64,000 nt of DNA from Eledone cirrhosa (GCA_964016885.1 OZ024741.1:40548001-40612000); one strand, 5' to 3'; positions 14,150-27,027 are shown, counted from the first letter of the stretch. The notes: generated from the letters alone by a model not told the origin. A program made the numbers and translations.

Positions 14150-14955
14150 TCAAGTATGAAATTGGTAGAAATTCGTAGAAAAAACAAATATAGTTCTTGT
14201 GACAAACACAGTGAAGGTCAGAGGATTTGATGCAGGGAGTGGAGACTGTGTGGATGAGTGTGGGGCTGAGAATTAATGAGATTAAGACGAAGCATCTGGT
14301 AGAGAATATTAAGAAGCCTGAGAAGATTACTAATGTAGGCGGGAAGCCGCTAGAATTGGTTGAGGACTTCCTATATCTGGGAGCAAAAATCGGGAATACA
14401 GAAGATGATGTAGTTGAGAGGGAGAGCAAAGCTTGGGCTGCGTGCCACAGTTTGAGATCGGTGTGGAAGTCTGACCTTCGTAGAGACCTGAAGATCCGTC
14501 TCTTCGTTGCTGTAGTGGAGTCTGTGCTGCTGTATGGGTCTGAGACTTGGACACTGACCAAGAAACTCACTCAAATGGTGAATGGATGCTACACGGGAAT
14601 GCTGAGAACGGCTCTGACCATTAATCAGTATACACTGAGGATGAAGAACTCAGAGTGTACGGAAGCCTCCCAAATGTCAGCTCGAGAGTAGCATAGAGGA
14701 GACTGAGGTTAGCTGGACATGCTCACCGACATCCAGAGTTGACACTGCACTCAGTGCCCCTGTGGGAGCCCCTGCATGGACACACTGGAAGAGGGAGACC
14801 GAGGTTGACATATGTTGAGGTTGAAATATGTTGATGCCCTAAAGACAGACACTGGTCTCTTGGAGACGCAGGACATGGCAGCGATGATGAGGGACAGAAA
14901 CCGCTGGAGTGAACTCGTACATGGATCTCGGGAATTTTACGCGCCCTAGATAGAT
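14150..14955 (+). pseudogene. RTE-type LINE RT 3' fragment
   Basis: [46 protein letters not shown], then GRGRPRLTYV in another frame. Confidence 0.85.
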
Positions 14956-16162
14956 ATATAATTAGTTGTTTATAGGGTAAATTATGAAAATAAACAATTT
15001 AAAAGTAGTGCCTGATAAATGACAGAATAAACGAAACCGGTATGGAAGGATATTATATAGATATTTAATGAAATCCGTAAAGCAGGAAAGACGATAAAGG
15101 TTTCAAAGATTAATGTTTAGAATATGTGTTAAAAAAGCCGTTTCAAAAAATAGAAAAGGTTCGGTGGTTGAGTGGTACAATCGTTGGTTATATATTTGTA
15201 TAACTGCTAATTTTAAATGGCAAAGGTTGTTCAGATTTCAATCTCGCACGAAAGAAGTTTCTTGTTTTGCTAGTTAGAAGATGGTAGAATGTAGAAGCAT
15301 GATTCGTTGTTAGTACCCCGCTCGCCTCGGCGTTGACCTTTGTCTAACTCGAACGTCCTTTGGCTTCGCTGGGCCGTGCCCCGCTCGCCTCAGCGTCGAG
15401 AATGTATATGTGTTTGTGTCAGTGTGTGTATGATATCTATGGGGAAGAATCTCTAAACAAGTGTGATAGTTTATTCTCTCTTTTGTTACCGTATTTCTAA
15501 TTTGAAGGAAGGTTATAGTAATGTAATATAAATGAAAGAGTGTGGCTTTGTGTTTAGGGTGTTCAGTTCATTATAATTAGGTTGTGAGTTTGACCTTGAG
15601 CAAGTGACATTATTTTATGTTGCTCTTGTCCACTCAGCTTGATTCCAAGGGTCAGGTTTATCACTCTGTCATGTTGAATATCCTTGAGAATTACATTAAG
15701 AGGTTACACCAGTCTTTAGAATATTTAGCCAAACATATTAATTTCACGGCCAGGCTGTTCCAAATAAATGGAACACTCACCATCAGAGTAGACGGAGGTC
15801 CTACAACAACAGTAATGTAACTAACTTTCTCATTATTTATTTGGCATTTGGATCATAAATTAACAAATGTTCTTATACAAAATTATGGAAGATTTGTAAA
15901 TAAATAAAAACACTTTAAAATTAACAGTTTTATATGATAGTACTTTAGAGGCCAATGAAAAAACTTTGCTTTCAAAGAAAATATCAGAAATCTTAGAGAA
16001 AGAATAAAAAAAATTTAGAAAAAGCAAATAAAACAATTAAGCAGTTGATCAAACAATTGCCTAGGGAATAAATGTATACATACACACATACAAAACATAC
16101 TTGATTCGACCTGCACAAACAAAATTATATATATATATATATATTTAAAAGAATAGAGGTGT

Positions 16163-16235
<73 letters not shown>

Positions 16236-16239
<4 letters not shown>

Positions 16240-16540
16240 CATAGTAATAATAATAAATGTGAAGACTAAAATCCAAAGAGGGCTCGATAAGGATAAATAT
16301 ATATCAAATATATAAGAACCCTAGAGAAAATATTTATTAAAATAACAGATTAAAGTTTAAGCAAAGAATCGCTGCCTTTCACCCTTAACGGGATCTTCTG
16401 AAATTAAAAAAATCAGAAGATCCCGTTAAGGGTGAAAGCAGCGATTCTTTGCTTAAACTTTATTCTAATATATATATATAAACAGCCAATGATAAGTGGT
16501 CAGTTCTATTGTCAGTCCCTAGGGAAAATGACTGCAGACT
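16236..16540. mobile_element. Family C fold-back composite with hammerhead-like copies at 16355-16404 (-) and 16414-16458 (+)
   Basis: 16352-16401 is the inverse of 16413-16461; the whole block recurs at 29764-30092. Confidence 0.75.
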
Positions 16541-16563
16541 GTATATATCTGTGCCTATATGTA

Positions 16564-16660
<97 letters not shown>

Positions 16661-16755
16661 ATATAGTGTGTGTGGGGGGGTAATATAGTGAATTACTGGT
16701 GCTGGTACCAAATCAAGAACACCATGCACAGGCAAAGTGCATATATGTATGTGTG

Positions 16756-17006
16756 TACTTCTGGTTTCATCTTTTTATAAAATTTACCAATATGGAGAGA
16801 GAGACGGTTTCTAACATAGACACAAGACTCCAGCAGCAGGAGAACCTTATGTTGTACCAAATATATGTTTGAATGGGACTAGGTTGACTGTAGAGGATGT
16901 TTTTGTGTATCTTGTTTATGTTCCAATGAAAGAGTCTTGTGTCTATGTTAGAAACCGATCTCTCTCCCTATTCGTAAAAATTTATAAAATGATGAAGCCT
17001 GAAGTA
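16756..17006. repeat. Inverted pair of R4-like 3' UTR ends
   Basis: 16756-16830 is the inverse of 16933-17006; both match 18060-18138. Confidence 0.7.
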
Positions 17007-17017
17007 CATACATACAT

Positions 17018-17320
17018 GATGGTGATGGCTGCAACTCGATTTTGAGTAATGCCAGCGCTTGATTCTTAAGCATGAGCATCCCAGGCGTGGCTTTTTAGTC
17101 CTGATAGGGACTTGCCTATGGCCAGCAATACCCTGCATCGCAAAAAATGTCACATATCAAGTGATGCCTGTGCTTTAAGATTTGTTTAAGTGAGGAAAGG
17201 CTTTGCATGGGGCCAATCCCACTCTCTGAACATCGAATACATTTGCCCCAAAAGAAGAACTGGTCTACATCATTGGATGCAAACGAAGTCGCGGGTTTTA
17301 TATCAGAGTGACCCACACTT
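17018..17320 (-). mobile_element. Non-autonomous RTE-derived element
   Basis: Minus-strand tail CGAGTTGCAGCCATCACCATCATGTATG; body homologous to 18430-18580. Confidence 0.7.
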
Positions 17321-17438
17321 AGAGAGATGTCTTAATGAAAACTAAGAGTCCCTTGCTAAAAAAAAAAGAAAAAATATTTGCATACATATATACATACATA
17401 CACACATACATACATACACACATACATACATACATACA

Positions 17439-17472
<34 letters not shown>

Positions 17473-17527
17473 CATACATACATACATACATACAAACATA
17501 CATACGTACATACATACATACACACGT

Positions 17528-18138
17528 GAAATGTTCCAGTAAAAACCCCAATAAAATGCAGGCATAACAGACCAGATATTATGATATGGTACAGGGAAAA
17601 GAAAGCATGCACAGTAGTGGAAATTAGCCGCCCTGCAGATGCCAATATAATATCAAAGATTAGCGAAAAGGAGAATATTTATGCAGAACTGATGAGAAAT
17701 CTGCAGATACTCCACCCTGATTACACTTTCAGATTTATGCCTGTGATTATTGGGGCACTAGGGTATGTTAGTAACTGCCCCAATACAAATCTTGAGAAGC
17801 TAGGCTTCACAGGAACAGAAAGAACACAACTAGTTAGGAAATTACAAGTACAATCCATTAATGGAACAGTAAAAATATGTAAAACATTCCAAAAATGTTG
17901 CATCTAATAACTGCATATACACATGTACAGATACAAAGCATATACACATGCACACATACAACTCAAAACATACACATCCACACATACAATAACATCCATA
18001 CCTACACATCCAGGCATGTATACATACATATCTACCTAGTTGATGTTGTGTAAATTCCAATGAGAGAGTTTTGTGTCTATGTTAGAAAGCGACTCTCTCT
18101 ATTGGGAAAAATTTGTGAAATTATAAAACCAGAAGAAC
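17528..18138 (+). pseudogene. R4/Dong-like RLE retrotransposon 3' fragment flanked by (CATA)n
   Basis: HNRPDIMIW...TVVEISRP...EKENIYAEL...MPVIIGALG (PD-(D/E)xK RLE domain; ORF 17581-17907) plus 3' UTR. Confidence 0.85.
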
Positions 18139-18219
18139 ATACATACATACATACATACATACATACATACATACATACATACATACATACATACATACAT
18201 ACATACATACATACATACA

Positions 18220-18775
18220 TGGTGGTGGCTGCCAACTCGTTTTCGAGTACGGCCACTACTTTATATCCATATAGGAGAACCCCTACCGATGCGCTGAACG
18301 AGTGTGACTTTTTAGTCCAGCCAGCGACTTGAAAACTCTGGTACAAACACTACACTTGTGACAAATATTGACACATAGTGCTGGGCCCATGGTACCCTGT
18401 GACGACAAGTGCAGAGAGATCTCCAGATATAAAGCAATGCCTGTGCCGTGAAGCTTTTATAGTGAGCAAAGGCACTGCACAAAGCCAGTCCCACTCTCTT
18501 AACCAAGATGATATTTACCAAAAAGAAGAACAAGTCAACATCATTGGATACCATCAGAGTTGCAGGTGTTATATCAGAGTTTTCCTTCTCCTAGAATTCT
18601 GCCTTGACAAAGGCTAAAGGGTCATCTCTCCCGGTGATTTTGGATGGCCATTGACTCTTAAGAGCTCCTTTTCCCTTTGACAGGTCTTGTTTTTAGTCCT
18701 GCAGGATGTCCAAAGTCACCCTCCTCACCAAGAAACCTTGGTGGGGTTGCCAGTTTAGTCGCCAACGACCCGACC
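18220..18775 (-). mobile_element. Full-length non-autonomous RTE derivative (RTE-like head and RTE tail)
   Basis: Head matches 57535-57665 and 57800-58005 including CTAGGAGAAGG(A/C)AACTC; tail GCTGGACTAAAAAGTCAC...CGAGTTGGCAGCCA matches RTE 57382-57465. Confidence 0.75.
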
Positions 18776-19018
18776 ATACATACATACATACACGCATACA
18801 TACACACATACATACATACATACATACATACATACATACATACATACATACATACATACATACATACATACATACATACACGCATACAATCCTATCAAAA
18901 ATATATTTGGTCATGTTAAATATCAGTTTTTCACGTTATTTTACATATTGTTTTATTTAACAAAATGCTCAGAAGTTTGAGTCGGCGGGATTGCCAATAG
19001 ACGGATTTCAATCACATG

Positions 19019-19055
<37 letters not shown>

Positions 19056-19090
19056 AATCGTGCGAATTATTTTCAAATCAACAACTCCGC

Positions 19091-19115
19091 CGCCTCCATA
19101 CCGTATTCGTTGATT

Positions 19116-19191
<76 letters not shown>

Positions 19192-19229
19192 TTAGGGAAG
19201 AAGACGCCTCCATACCGTATTCGTTGATT

Positions 19230-19264
<35 letters not shown>

Positions 19265-19300
19265 TAATAATAATAATAATAATACTAGGGAAGAAGACGC
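19091..19300 (+). repeat. Two tandem units, each with an internal (TAA)n tract
   Basis: CGCCTCCATACCGTATTCGTTGATT(TAA)n..TAGGGAAGAAGACGC occurs twice. Confidence 0.85.
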
Positions 19301-20369
19301 ACGAGGTGGCGGAGGTCATGAAATCGCTCCCGTAAGTTTTGAATTTTTAACATATTTAAATCATTTGTGGAATAACAACTCTTAGTACAAATGCTACGTA
19401 AAGCACCCGGCTTGAGCCCAAAAAAATTCGGACCCAAAATATATTGTTATAAGGCTCAAATATTCAAATATTCAACTTTGTATTGTACACTGTATATCCA
19501 AAAAAGAAAATGGCTATAAATGGAAGAAGAACCCCCCCCCCTCCTCTCCTCTGTCTACACTATATAGAACAACCAAACTCACCAACACCAGAAACTAGAT
19601 ACACCACCCACCCCATCACCTGTGTACACTAAACACAACAGCCAGATAACGGCATTTTCACCACCACCGCTCACTACGGCCATCATTACCACCATTATCC
19701 CATCACCGCCGCCACCACCCCTTCACTCCTTCACTGCTACCACCGCTACAGCACCATCACTACAGTAATACGGTCACATCACCGCCACCACTGCCTCGGT
19801 ATCGACATCACCACCACCACTGTCTCAGTATCGCTACCGCCGCCAGTCCTCCACATCTCCCAGATGGCTGCTGCCACCACATTATAGAATCCCTACTGCT
19901 AAAAAAGAGGAAGGCATCAAAATATATAGATAGACTCAAAAGAAAAAAGAAAAAACAAACAACAAAACCAAAGCAGCACAGCAACAACAGCAAAAAACGA
20001 GAAAAACAAACCGAGAAAAACAAAAACAAAAACAAAAAATAAAAACCCAAAAAACGTAAAGAAAATAAGAATGAAGAGAGAAGCAGGCGGACGGACAGAG
20101 AAGAGGGGGGAAAAACTAAAACTTAAAAAACAAAAACTAAGTCAGACATTCGAACACTACATTACAATGAAACTTATGCTTATTCATTTTTGGGGCCCTT
20201 TCTGTCTGTGTGTTTGTTTGTTTATGTGTGTTCGTATACAGCGTGGTGATAATGCCACACAAGGGCCAAGTGGAATGGCGGATCCACAGATGGCTATGTA
20301 ACCATACATTCGCCAATCCTCGATAAGAGTGTTTAAATATCGAACATAAACAGTTCGAATAACGGTGAA

Positions 20370-23300
20370 ATGGAGACTAGAACGTCATGTGACAGACTCT
20401 CACCCAACAAGTGCCCCCTGGCTCAGCAGCAGGAACCTGACTGTCAACCAAATACTGCTGATGTTGGAGGAAGGAGAAGAAGGAAAGGGGCCAGAACCAA
20501 CTGGACGAAAGAATTGAATAGAACTGTTATGCAATGTTACCTGAAAAGTAACCCCAAGGAGAGGGGCTACAGGAGACGGATGCATAACATCTGGAACGAG
20601 ATTGGTTTATTTAAATTAGATGAACAAAAATTGGCCGGGCAGGCTCGGGTAATAAGAACTAATGGGTGGATAAGCGAGCTGGAACTGGAGGAACTGAGCA
20701 GAGAGAATGGCTTGGAGATGGCGGGTGTAGTATGCCAGACAAGCGAGCCAGTGGGAAATGAAGGTGAAGAGGTCCTGAGAACGGAGGAACCACCCGAAGC
20801 AGACAATGATCTGAATACTGAGATAAATAATACCTGGAACAGAGATACGGCCACTGAGGAGATGAATGCTGACGGGCTAGGACAAGATTCGGTTGACATC
20901 CTAAATTTAGTGGTAGATGAATTGAACAATGATAGTGGGAGACCTATGAACCTAAGATTTGTAGACAGGAAAAAGTTAAAAGAAACAACAGCTAAGGTAA
21001 ACAAAGTCATCCCATACCTTGAGGCGAGGAGCCTTCACCAGTGCAACAATATCCTCAAAGCAACAGCAAATACGGTGAGGAAACTACTTGGTATAAAAGC
21101 GAGAGGAAACAACAGACAAGAAAGAGCAGAGCCGTGGTGGAAGAAGCGACTGAGTGGGCAAATCGGGGAAATGAGAAATGACATAGGAAAGCTTGAGTCA
21201 CTACTGAATGGGACACTAAAAAACATAGGCACTAAAAATAGACTGGAAATAAAATACAAAACTAGGAGGAAAAAGCTAAATATTATCATAGAGGAACTGA
21301 AGCAACGCACTGTAGCAAAGAGTGCAAAAATCAGGCGATACGAGAACAGAGTCAGTCAGTATAAACAGAACCGCATGTTCGACAACAACCAGAAGATGCT
21401 GTTTGGACAGCTTGAGGGGAAAGAAAGAGGCAACGACTTGATCCCTGGGGCGGAGCAAACTAAAACATTCTGGAGAGGAATATGGGAGCAGGATGTTAGA
21501 CATAATGTCCAGGCAGGGTGGATTGAGACAGTACAGAGGGAGATCGGTGAGCAGGCACAACAACAAACTGATTTGAGTATCACAGTTGAAACTCTTAAGG
21601 GGCAGGCCAAAAAACTAACCAACTGGAAATCACCAGGCCCAGATGGTGTGCAGGGGTATTGGATTAAACATTTAACATCCCTCCACCCGAAGCTGACGGC
21701 CATGTTTAATGACTGCTTGGTGTCGGGTGAGGTGCCAGAGTGGTTGACAAAAGGTACCACAGTTCTGATAATGAAAGACCGAATCAAGGGTAATGATGTT
21801 ACCAACTATAGACCTATCACATGTCTGTCCGTAATGTGGAAACTGTTGACGAGCATTGTGTCTGAGGAAATCTACCATCACCTCCACACAAACAACTTGT
21901 TACCGGACGAACAGAAAGGATGCCGAAAGAAGTCACGTGGTACAAAGGACCAGTTGCTTATTGATAAGATGGTAATGGGGAATTGCAGGAGGAGACACAC
22001 TGATCTTGCCATGGGATGGATAGACTACAGAAAGGCATTTGACATGGTGCCTCATTCTTGGATCACCAAAAGCCTGGAGATCTTCAGGGTGGCAGATAAC
22101 ATCAGACAGTTGCTAGGCAGGAGTATGGGGTCCTGGGAGACAGAGTTGACATCAACTGGAGTATCCTTGGGAAGCGTGAAGATCAAGAGAGGTATCTTCC
22201 AGGGAGATAGCCTGTCCCCTCTGTTGTTTGTCATTGCCCTGATGCCCTTCACCATTATGCTGCGAAAAGTGAGAGCAGGATACAAGTTGGGAAGGGGAGA
22301 GCTTACCATCAATCACCTCCTCTTCATGGACGATCTTAAGCTCTTCGGGAAAAGTGAGAAGGAGTTGGATGTGCTTGTTGACACTGTCCGTATTTTCAGC
22401 AGTGATATATGTATGCAGTTTGGTATTGGTAAATGTGGAGTCATTGTGATGAGGAGGGGTAGGTTGAGCAGAAGTAACGGGATCCAGATACCAACAGGTG
22501 AGATGATAAAGGAAATTGACTCTGAGGAAGGATACAAGTATTTGGGCGTTCTGGAGGCTGATGGCATAAAGAACAAAAAAATGAAGGAATTGTTAAGAAC
22601 TGAATACATTCGGAGAGTAAGGAGCGTATTGAAGTCACATCTGAACAGCAGAAATGCCATAAGCGCAGTAAATTCCCGAGCTGTGTCTATTATTAGGTAC
22701 AGTGCTGGAATTCTGAGATGGAATGTTGCTGAACAAAAAGAAATGGATAGGAAGACTAGGAAGCTATTGACTATCTACAACATGTTCCACAAGAGGAGTG
22801 ATGTCCATAGACTCTACCTAAGGAGATCTGAGGGTGGAAGAGGTCTTATCAGCATAGAGGACTGTGTTCAGATGGAGAAAAACAACCTATACAAATATGT
22901 GACCTATAGTAAGGAGCCAATGCTCAGAACTGTACTGAAGGAGGGGACAGTAGGCCAGGGGATGTCCAAGGAGGAAATAACATCAAGGAGGAAGAGCAGC
23001 CTTAAGGGAAAATCCCTTCATAGTACCTTCTTTGAGAAAACTGAATTTAGAGATCCACAGACATGGAACTGGTTGAGAAGAGGAGACCTCAAAAAGGCTA
23101 CAGAAGGAATGCTAATGGCTGCGCAGGAGCAGGCCCTCAAAACGAAGTGGTTGAAGCACCATATCTACAAGGAGGAGGCTAGCCCACTGTGCAGGATCTG
23201 TGGAGAGAGAGAGGAGACTGTGGCTCACATTGTGTCCGAGTGTAAACACCTAGCCCAGACCCACTATAAGGGCTGGAGACACGATGTGATGGGCAGGGTG

Positions 23301-23761
23301 ATCCACTGGCACCTGTGCAAAGTAAACAATTTACCACATTCTGAGAAATGGTATGAGCATAGGCCAGAGGCAGTGATGAAGAACAATCAGGTGAAGGTGC
23401 TGTGGGATTTTAGGATACAGACGGACAAAAAACTGGAACACAATAGACCTGACCTGGTGGTTGTGGACAAAGAAAAAAGATCGTGTCTGATTGTGGATGT
23501 GGCCTGCCCGTTCGACACGAGAGTGCAAGAGAAGGAGAGGGAGAAAATTAACCGATACCAGGACCTAAAGTGGGAGGTGAAAAGGATTTGGAACTGCCAT
23601 GAAGTCAAAGTGACCCGATTGTCATAGGCGCACTAGGGACTATCTCCAAAGGTTTCCAGGGATGGTTAAAGAAAATCGGCCCCTTCACGCTTTTTGGAAC
23701 GCTTCAAAAGGCATGCTTGCTTGGAACAGCAAGAACCCTCCGATACGTCCTGAATATCTGA
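20370..23761 (+). CDS. R4/Dong-clade non-LTR retrotransposon ORF (RT, CCHC knuckle, restriction-like endonuclease); frameshift near 23613
   Basis: KSPGPDGV, NYRPITCL, WIDYRKAFDMVPH, GIFQGDSLSPLLF, LLFMDDLKLF, CRICGEREETVAHIVSEC, RPDLVV..DVACP; continues in another frame as PIVIGALGTI...LQKACLLGTARTLRYVLNI*. Confidence 0.93.
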
Positions 23762-23861
23762 GGCTGCAGGTAGTGGCTTGATATTCAATCCAACGGACTT
23801 TCCAGTTAACCAACATCAATGACTGAGATTCAAGGAATAACAACAATAATAATAATAATAA
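23751..23861 (+). other. 3' UTR hairpin and (TAA)n tail or target of the Dong-like element
   Basis: TGAATATC-tg-AGGCTGC aggta GTGGCTT-GATATTCA hairpin (23751-23787); AAT repeats at 23836-23861. Confidence 0.65.
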
Positions 23862-24057
23862 GGATGGCGATTGCGATGATGGTGAGGATTAATTATGAAC
23901 ATCAACATTAACACCAACATCACCCTCACCTTCTCCATCATCACCCTCACCTTCTCCATCATCATCATCAACAACAACAATAAACATGATTAATGAGGTT
24001 CTTGTGTTACAGGTGAAGAGGATTATTAAACGATGTTGAAACATGAAAATATTTACA

Positions 24058-24231
24058 TTAACAACAACAACAACTTCAACAACAACATCAACAACACTAA
24101 CAACAACACTAACAACATCAACAACACTAACAACAACTTCAACAACAACATCAACAACACTAACAACAACACTAACAACATCAACAACACTAACAACAAC
24201 TTCAACAACAACAAGAACAACTACATCAACA

Positions 24232-24310
<79 letters not shown>

Positions 24311-24325
24311 CTACATCAACTACAT

Positions 24326-24357
<32 letters not shown>

Positions 24358-24745
24358 TCAACACCAACAACAACATCAATAACACTAACAACAACATCGA
24401 TAACAACAACACCAACAACAACTACATCAACAACAACATCAACACCAACAACATCAACACCAACAACAACAACAACAACTACAATATCAACACCAACAAC
24501 AACAACATCAACACCAACAACAACAACATCAACACCAACTACATCAATAACAACAACAACACCAACAACAACATCAATAACACTAACAACAACATCGATA
24601 ACAATAAGTACATCAACACCAACTACATCAACAACAACATCAACACCACCAACAACAACAACAACACCAACTACATCAACAGCAACAACACCAACAACAA
24701 CAACAACAACACCGATAACAACAAGTACAAGAAAAATAACGATAA
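24058..24745. repeat. Degenerate (AAC)n trinucleotide satellite with 60-bp higher-order units
   Basis: ACA/TCA/CCA/CTA triplet mosaic giving spurious Thr-, Asn- and Val-rich ORFs. Confidence 0.85.
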
Positions 24746-24949
24746 CAAGAGAAAAAATTGATAAAACAAAATACAAGTTGGAATTCAATGGTTTCCATCT
24801 AACAGATCAACAGATGGTTGTAACAACGTCAACAGCAGCAGAAATACAAACAATATCAACATCGAACATGGACCTGTTATTTTTATCTAAAGACATTGTT
24901 TCCAATTCCAACCTGCCCGTCCCCTCAATCTATCTTATTTCTCATTCTT

Positions 24950-24985
24950 TCTTCTGATGAAGGACTAGCGTCCGAAACGTTAAGA
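24950..24985 (+). ncRNA. Minimal type I hammerhead ribozyme, family K
   Basis: TCTT CTGATGA A GGAC-tagc-GTCC GAAACGTT AAGA; palindromic AACGTT around stem III; the downstream tail resembles 2062-2105. Confidence 0.8.
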
Positions 24986-25070
24986 CCGTCTTCCTGCTAT
25001 ATCAAGCGTTAACCTAATATATCCCTTCCATATACTGTACCGATTGTGTTATTATTTCTGTTTACCTTTT

Positions 25071-25127
<57 letters not shown>

Positions 25128-25293
25128 TAGTATATCTACCAACATATGTATACAGATGTATACTCATGCTAGCAACTATATATGTTATGTCTTAGTACCT
25201 TTGTGGTTCTATGCAGGGGGATGCAGAACAATTATATGAAAGACATAAAATAAGAAAATTTTAAAAATTAAAAATTAACTTACTAAAATTTTC

Positions 25294-25375
25294 ACTCCAA
25301 CTAATTAGTTTCTGTAAGGGGATAAATATAATTACGTAAGATAACTATAGAGAATTCCTTACGTCATCAGGGAAT
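25294..25375 (-). ncRNA. Type I hammerhead ribozyme, family E copy 1
   Basis: ATTCC CTGATGA cGTAAGG...CCTTACa GAAACTAATTAGTT GGAGT. Confidence 0.75.
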
Positions 25376-25816
25376 CTATTCTCAGCTAAGTTTCCAGGCA
25401 ATGCGCGGACACTAGGAACCCATATAAAAATAATAATTCAGTGGATGGAACAAAGCTAGCGGGGACTAAATTCCAAAGCACTGAAAAAATTCACTGCCTC
25501 TCTGGTCAGTGGTAGATTCTAAAGGATCAATCACGTGACACTGAGGTTAATCAGTGAGGAGTGGAGTGGTATTATGACAATAGCCTACTACTGCCATGAA
25601 TCACAGCAGTAAATTTTGGCAAGTTTTACTCAACAAATAATTTGGAGATAAATATAGAGAATTAGTATATCTACCAACATATGTGTACAGATGTACACCC
25701 GTGCTAGCAAATATATATGTTATGTCTTAGTACCTTTTTGGTTCTATGCAGGGGGATGCAGAACAATTATATGAAAGACGTAAAATAAGAAAATTAACTT
25801 ACTTACTAAAATGTTC

Positions 25817-25898
25817 ACTCCAACTAATTAGTTTCTGTAAGGGGATAAATATAGTTACGTAAGATAATTATAGAGAATTCCTTACGTCATCAGGGAAT
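25817..25898 (-). ncRNA. Type I hammerhead ribozyme, family E copy 2
   Basis: Same motif as copy 1, 523 bp away. Confidence 0.75.
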
Positions 25899-26090
25899 CT
25901 ATTCTCAGCTAAGTTCCCAGGCAATGCGCGGACACTAGGAACCCATATAAAAATAATAATTCAGTGGATGGAACAAAGCTAGCGGGGACTATATTCCAAA
26001 GCACTGAAAAAATGAAAAAATTCACTGAATTATTATTTTTATATGGGTTCCTAGTGTCCGCGCGTTGCCTGGGAACTTAGCTGAGAATAG

Positions 26091-26172
26091 ACTCCCTGAT
26101 GACGTAAGAAATTCTCTATAGTTATCTGACGTAACTATATTTATCCCCTTACAGAAACTAATTAGTTGGAGT
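26091..26172 (+). ncRNA. Type I hammerhead ribozyme, family E copy 3 (inverted arm)
   Basis: Perfect stem I ACTCC/GGAGT, CTGATGA at 26096, GAAA at 26154, palindromic stem III ACTAATTAGT, GUU triplet. Confidence 0.8.
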
Positions 26173-26224
26173 GAAAATTTTAGTAAGTTAATTTTTAATT
26201 TTTTTAATTTTCTTATTTTACGTC

Positions 26225-26307
<83 letters not shown>

Positions 26308-26560
26308 TACATATATATATATATACATATATATATTATATATATATATATATGTGTGTGTAAGTATGTATGTATGTACACGTACATACATATATGTATA
26401 CAGACGTACAGTAGTATGTATATATATACATACATGCACACATATATATATATGCACGTATCGGTTTACCGAACATTTATTATAATGCTCGGTTTGTTTG
26501 TTAATATGCATAAGGAAAGTATATACTTTCAGACGTTCAACCATCTGGCAGGAAGGTATA

Positions 26561-26601
26561 CGATGCTGACGATAGCTAATAAGCTTGAAACTAGTACATC
26601 G
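26561..26601 (+). ncRNA. Minimal type I hammerhead ribozyme, family F
   Basis: CGATG CTGACGA T-AGCT-aata-AGCT-T GAAACTAGTA CATCG. Confidence 0.88.
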
Positions 26602-26757
26602 TTCCTGTGTCAGTGTTGAACAAAAAGGTGACGTGGTTGCCTAAACACTGTACGGCGTAATTCGGGCTGTTTGTTTGTCTACAAACAAACAGCCCGAATT
26701 ACCCCGTACAGTGTTTAGGCAACCACGTCACCTTTTTGTTCAACACTGACACAGGAA

Positions 26758-26798
26758 CGATGTACTAGTTTCAAGCTTATTAGCTATCGTCAGCATCG
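26758..26798 (-). ncRNA. Minimal type I hammerhead ribozyme, family F (mirror copy)
   Basis: Exact reverse complement of 26561-26601. Confidence 0.88.
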
Positions 26799-27027
26799 TA
26801 TACCTTCCTGCCAGATGGTTGAACGTCTGAAAGTATATACTTTCCTTATGCATATTAACAAACAAACCGAGCATTATAATAAATGTTCGGTAAACCGATA
26901 CGTGCATATATATATGCGTGCATGTATGTATATATATACATATATGTATGTACGTATACATACATACTTACATTTAAGTAAGTGCCGTACTAAGAGTGAG
27001 AAATGAAATTTCGTTTCATTCTATTCC

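Larger units (their letters stand above)
25123..26231 (-). mobile_element. Family E non-coding element: about 1.7 tandem ~530-bp units plus an inverted partial copy, between (TA)n tracts
   Basis: Units start at 25123 and 25658; 26022-26231 is the reverse complement of about 25232-25443. Confidence 0.85.
26358..26972. repeat. ~615-bp near-perfect palindrome of family F sequence
   Basis: Centre TTTGTTTGT-CT-ACAAACAAA at 26679/26680; the arms mirror each other, including two hammerheads. Confidence 0.9.

Noticed and set aside
15008-15046. CTGATAA...GAAACCGGTA hammerhead-like relic
   Set aside because: G8A without a compensating change and no convincing stems I or II.
20222-20290. HDV-like ribozyme upstream of the Dong-like ORF
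   Set aside because: A P4-like hairpin and TGGCGGAT are present, but P3/L3 and P1.1 could not be built.
23889-24957. Mucin-like Thr-rich, Asn-rich and Val-rich ORFs
   Set aside because: Open in several frames and on both strands over an AAC satellite; no signal peptide or domain. A real exon cannot be fully excluded without RNA-seq.
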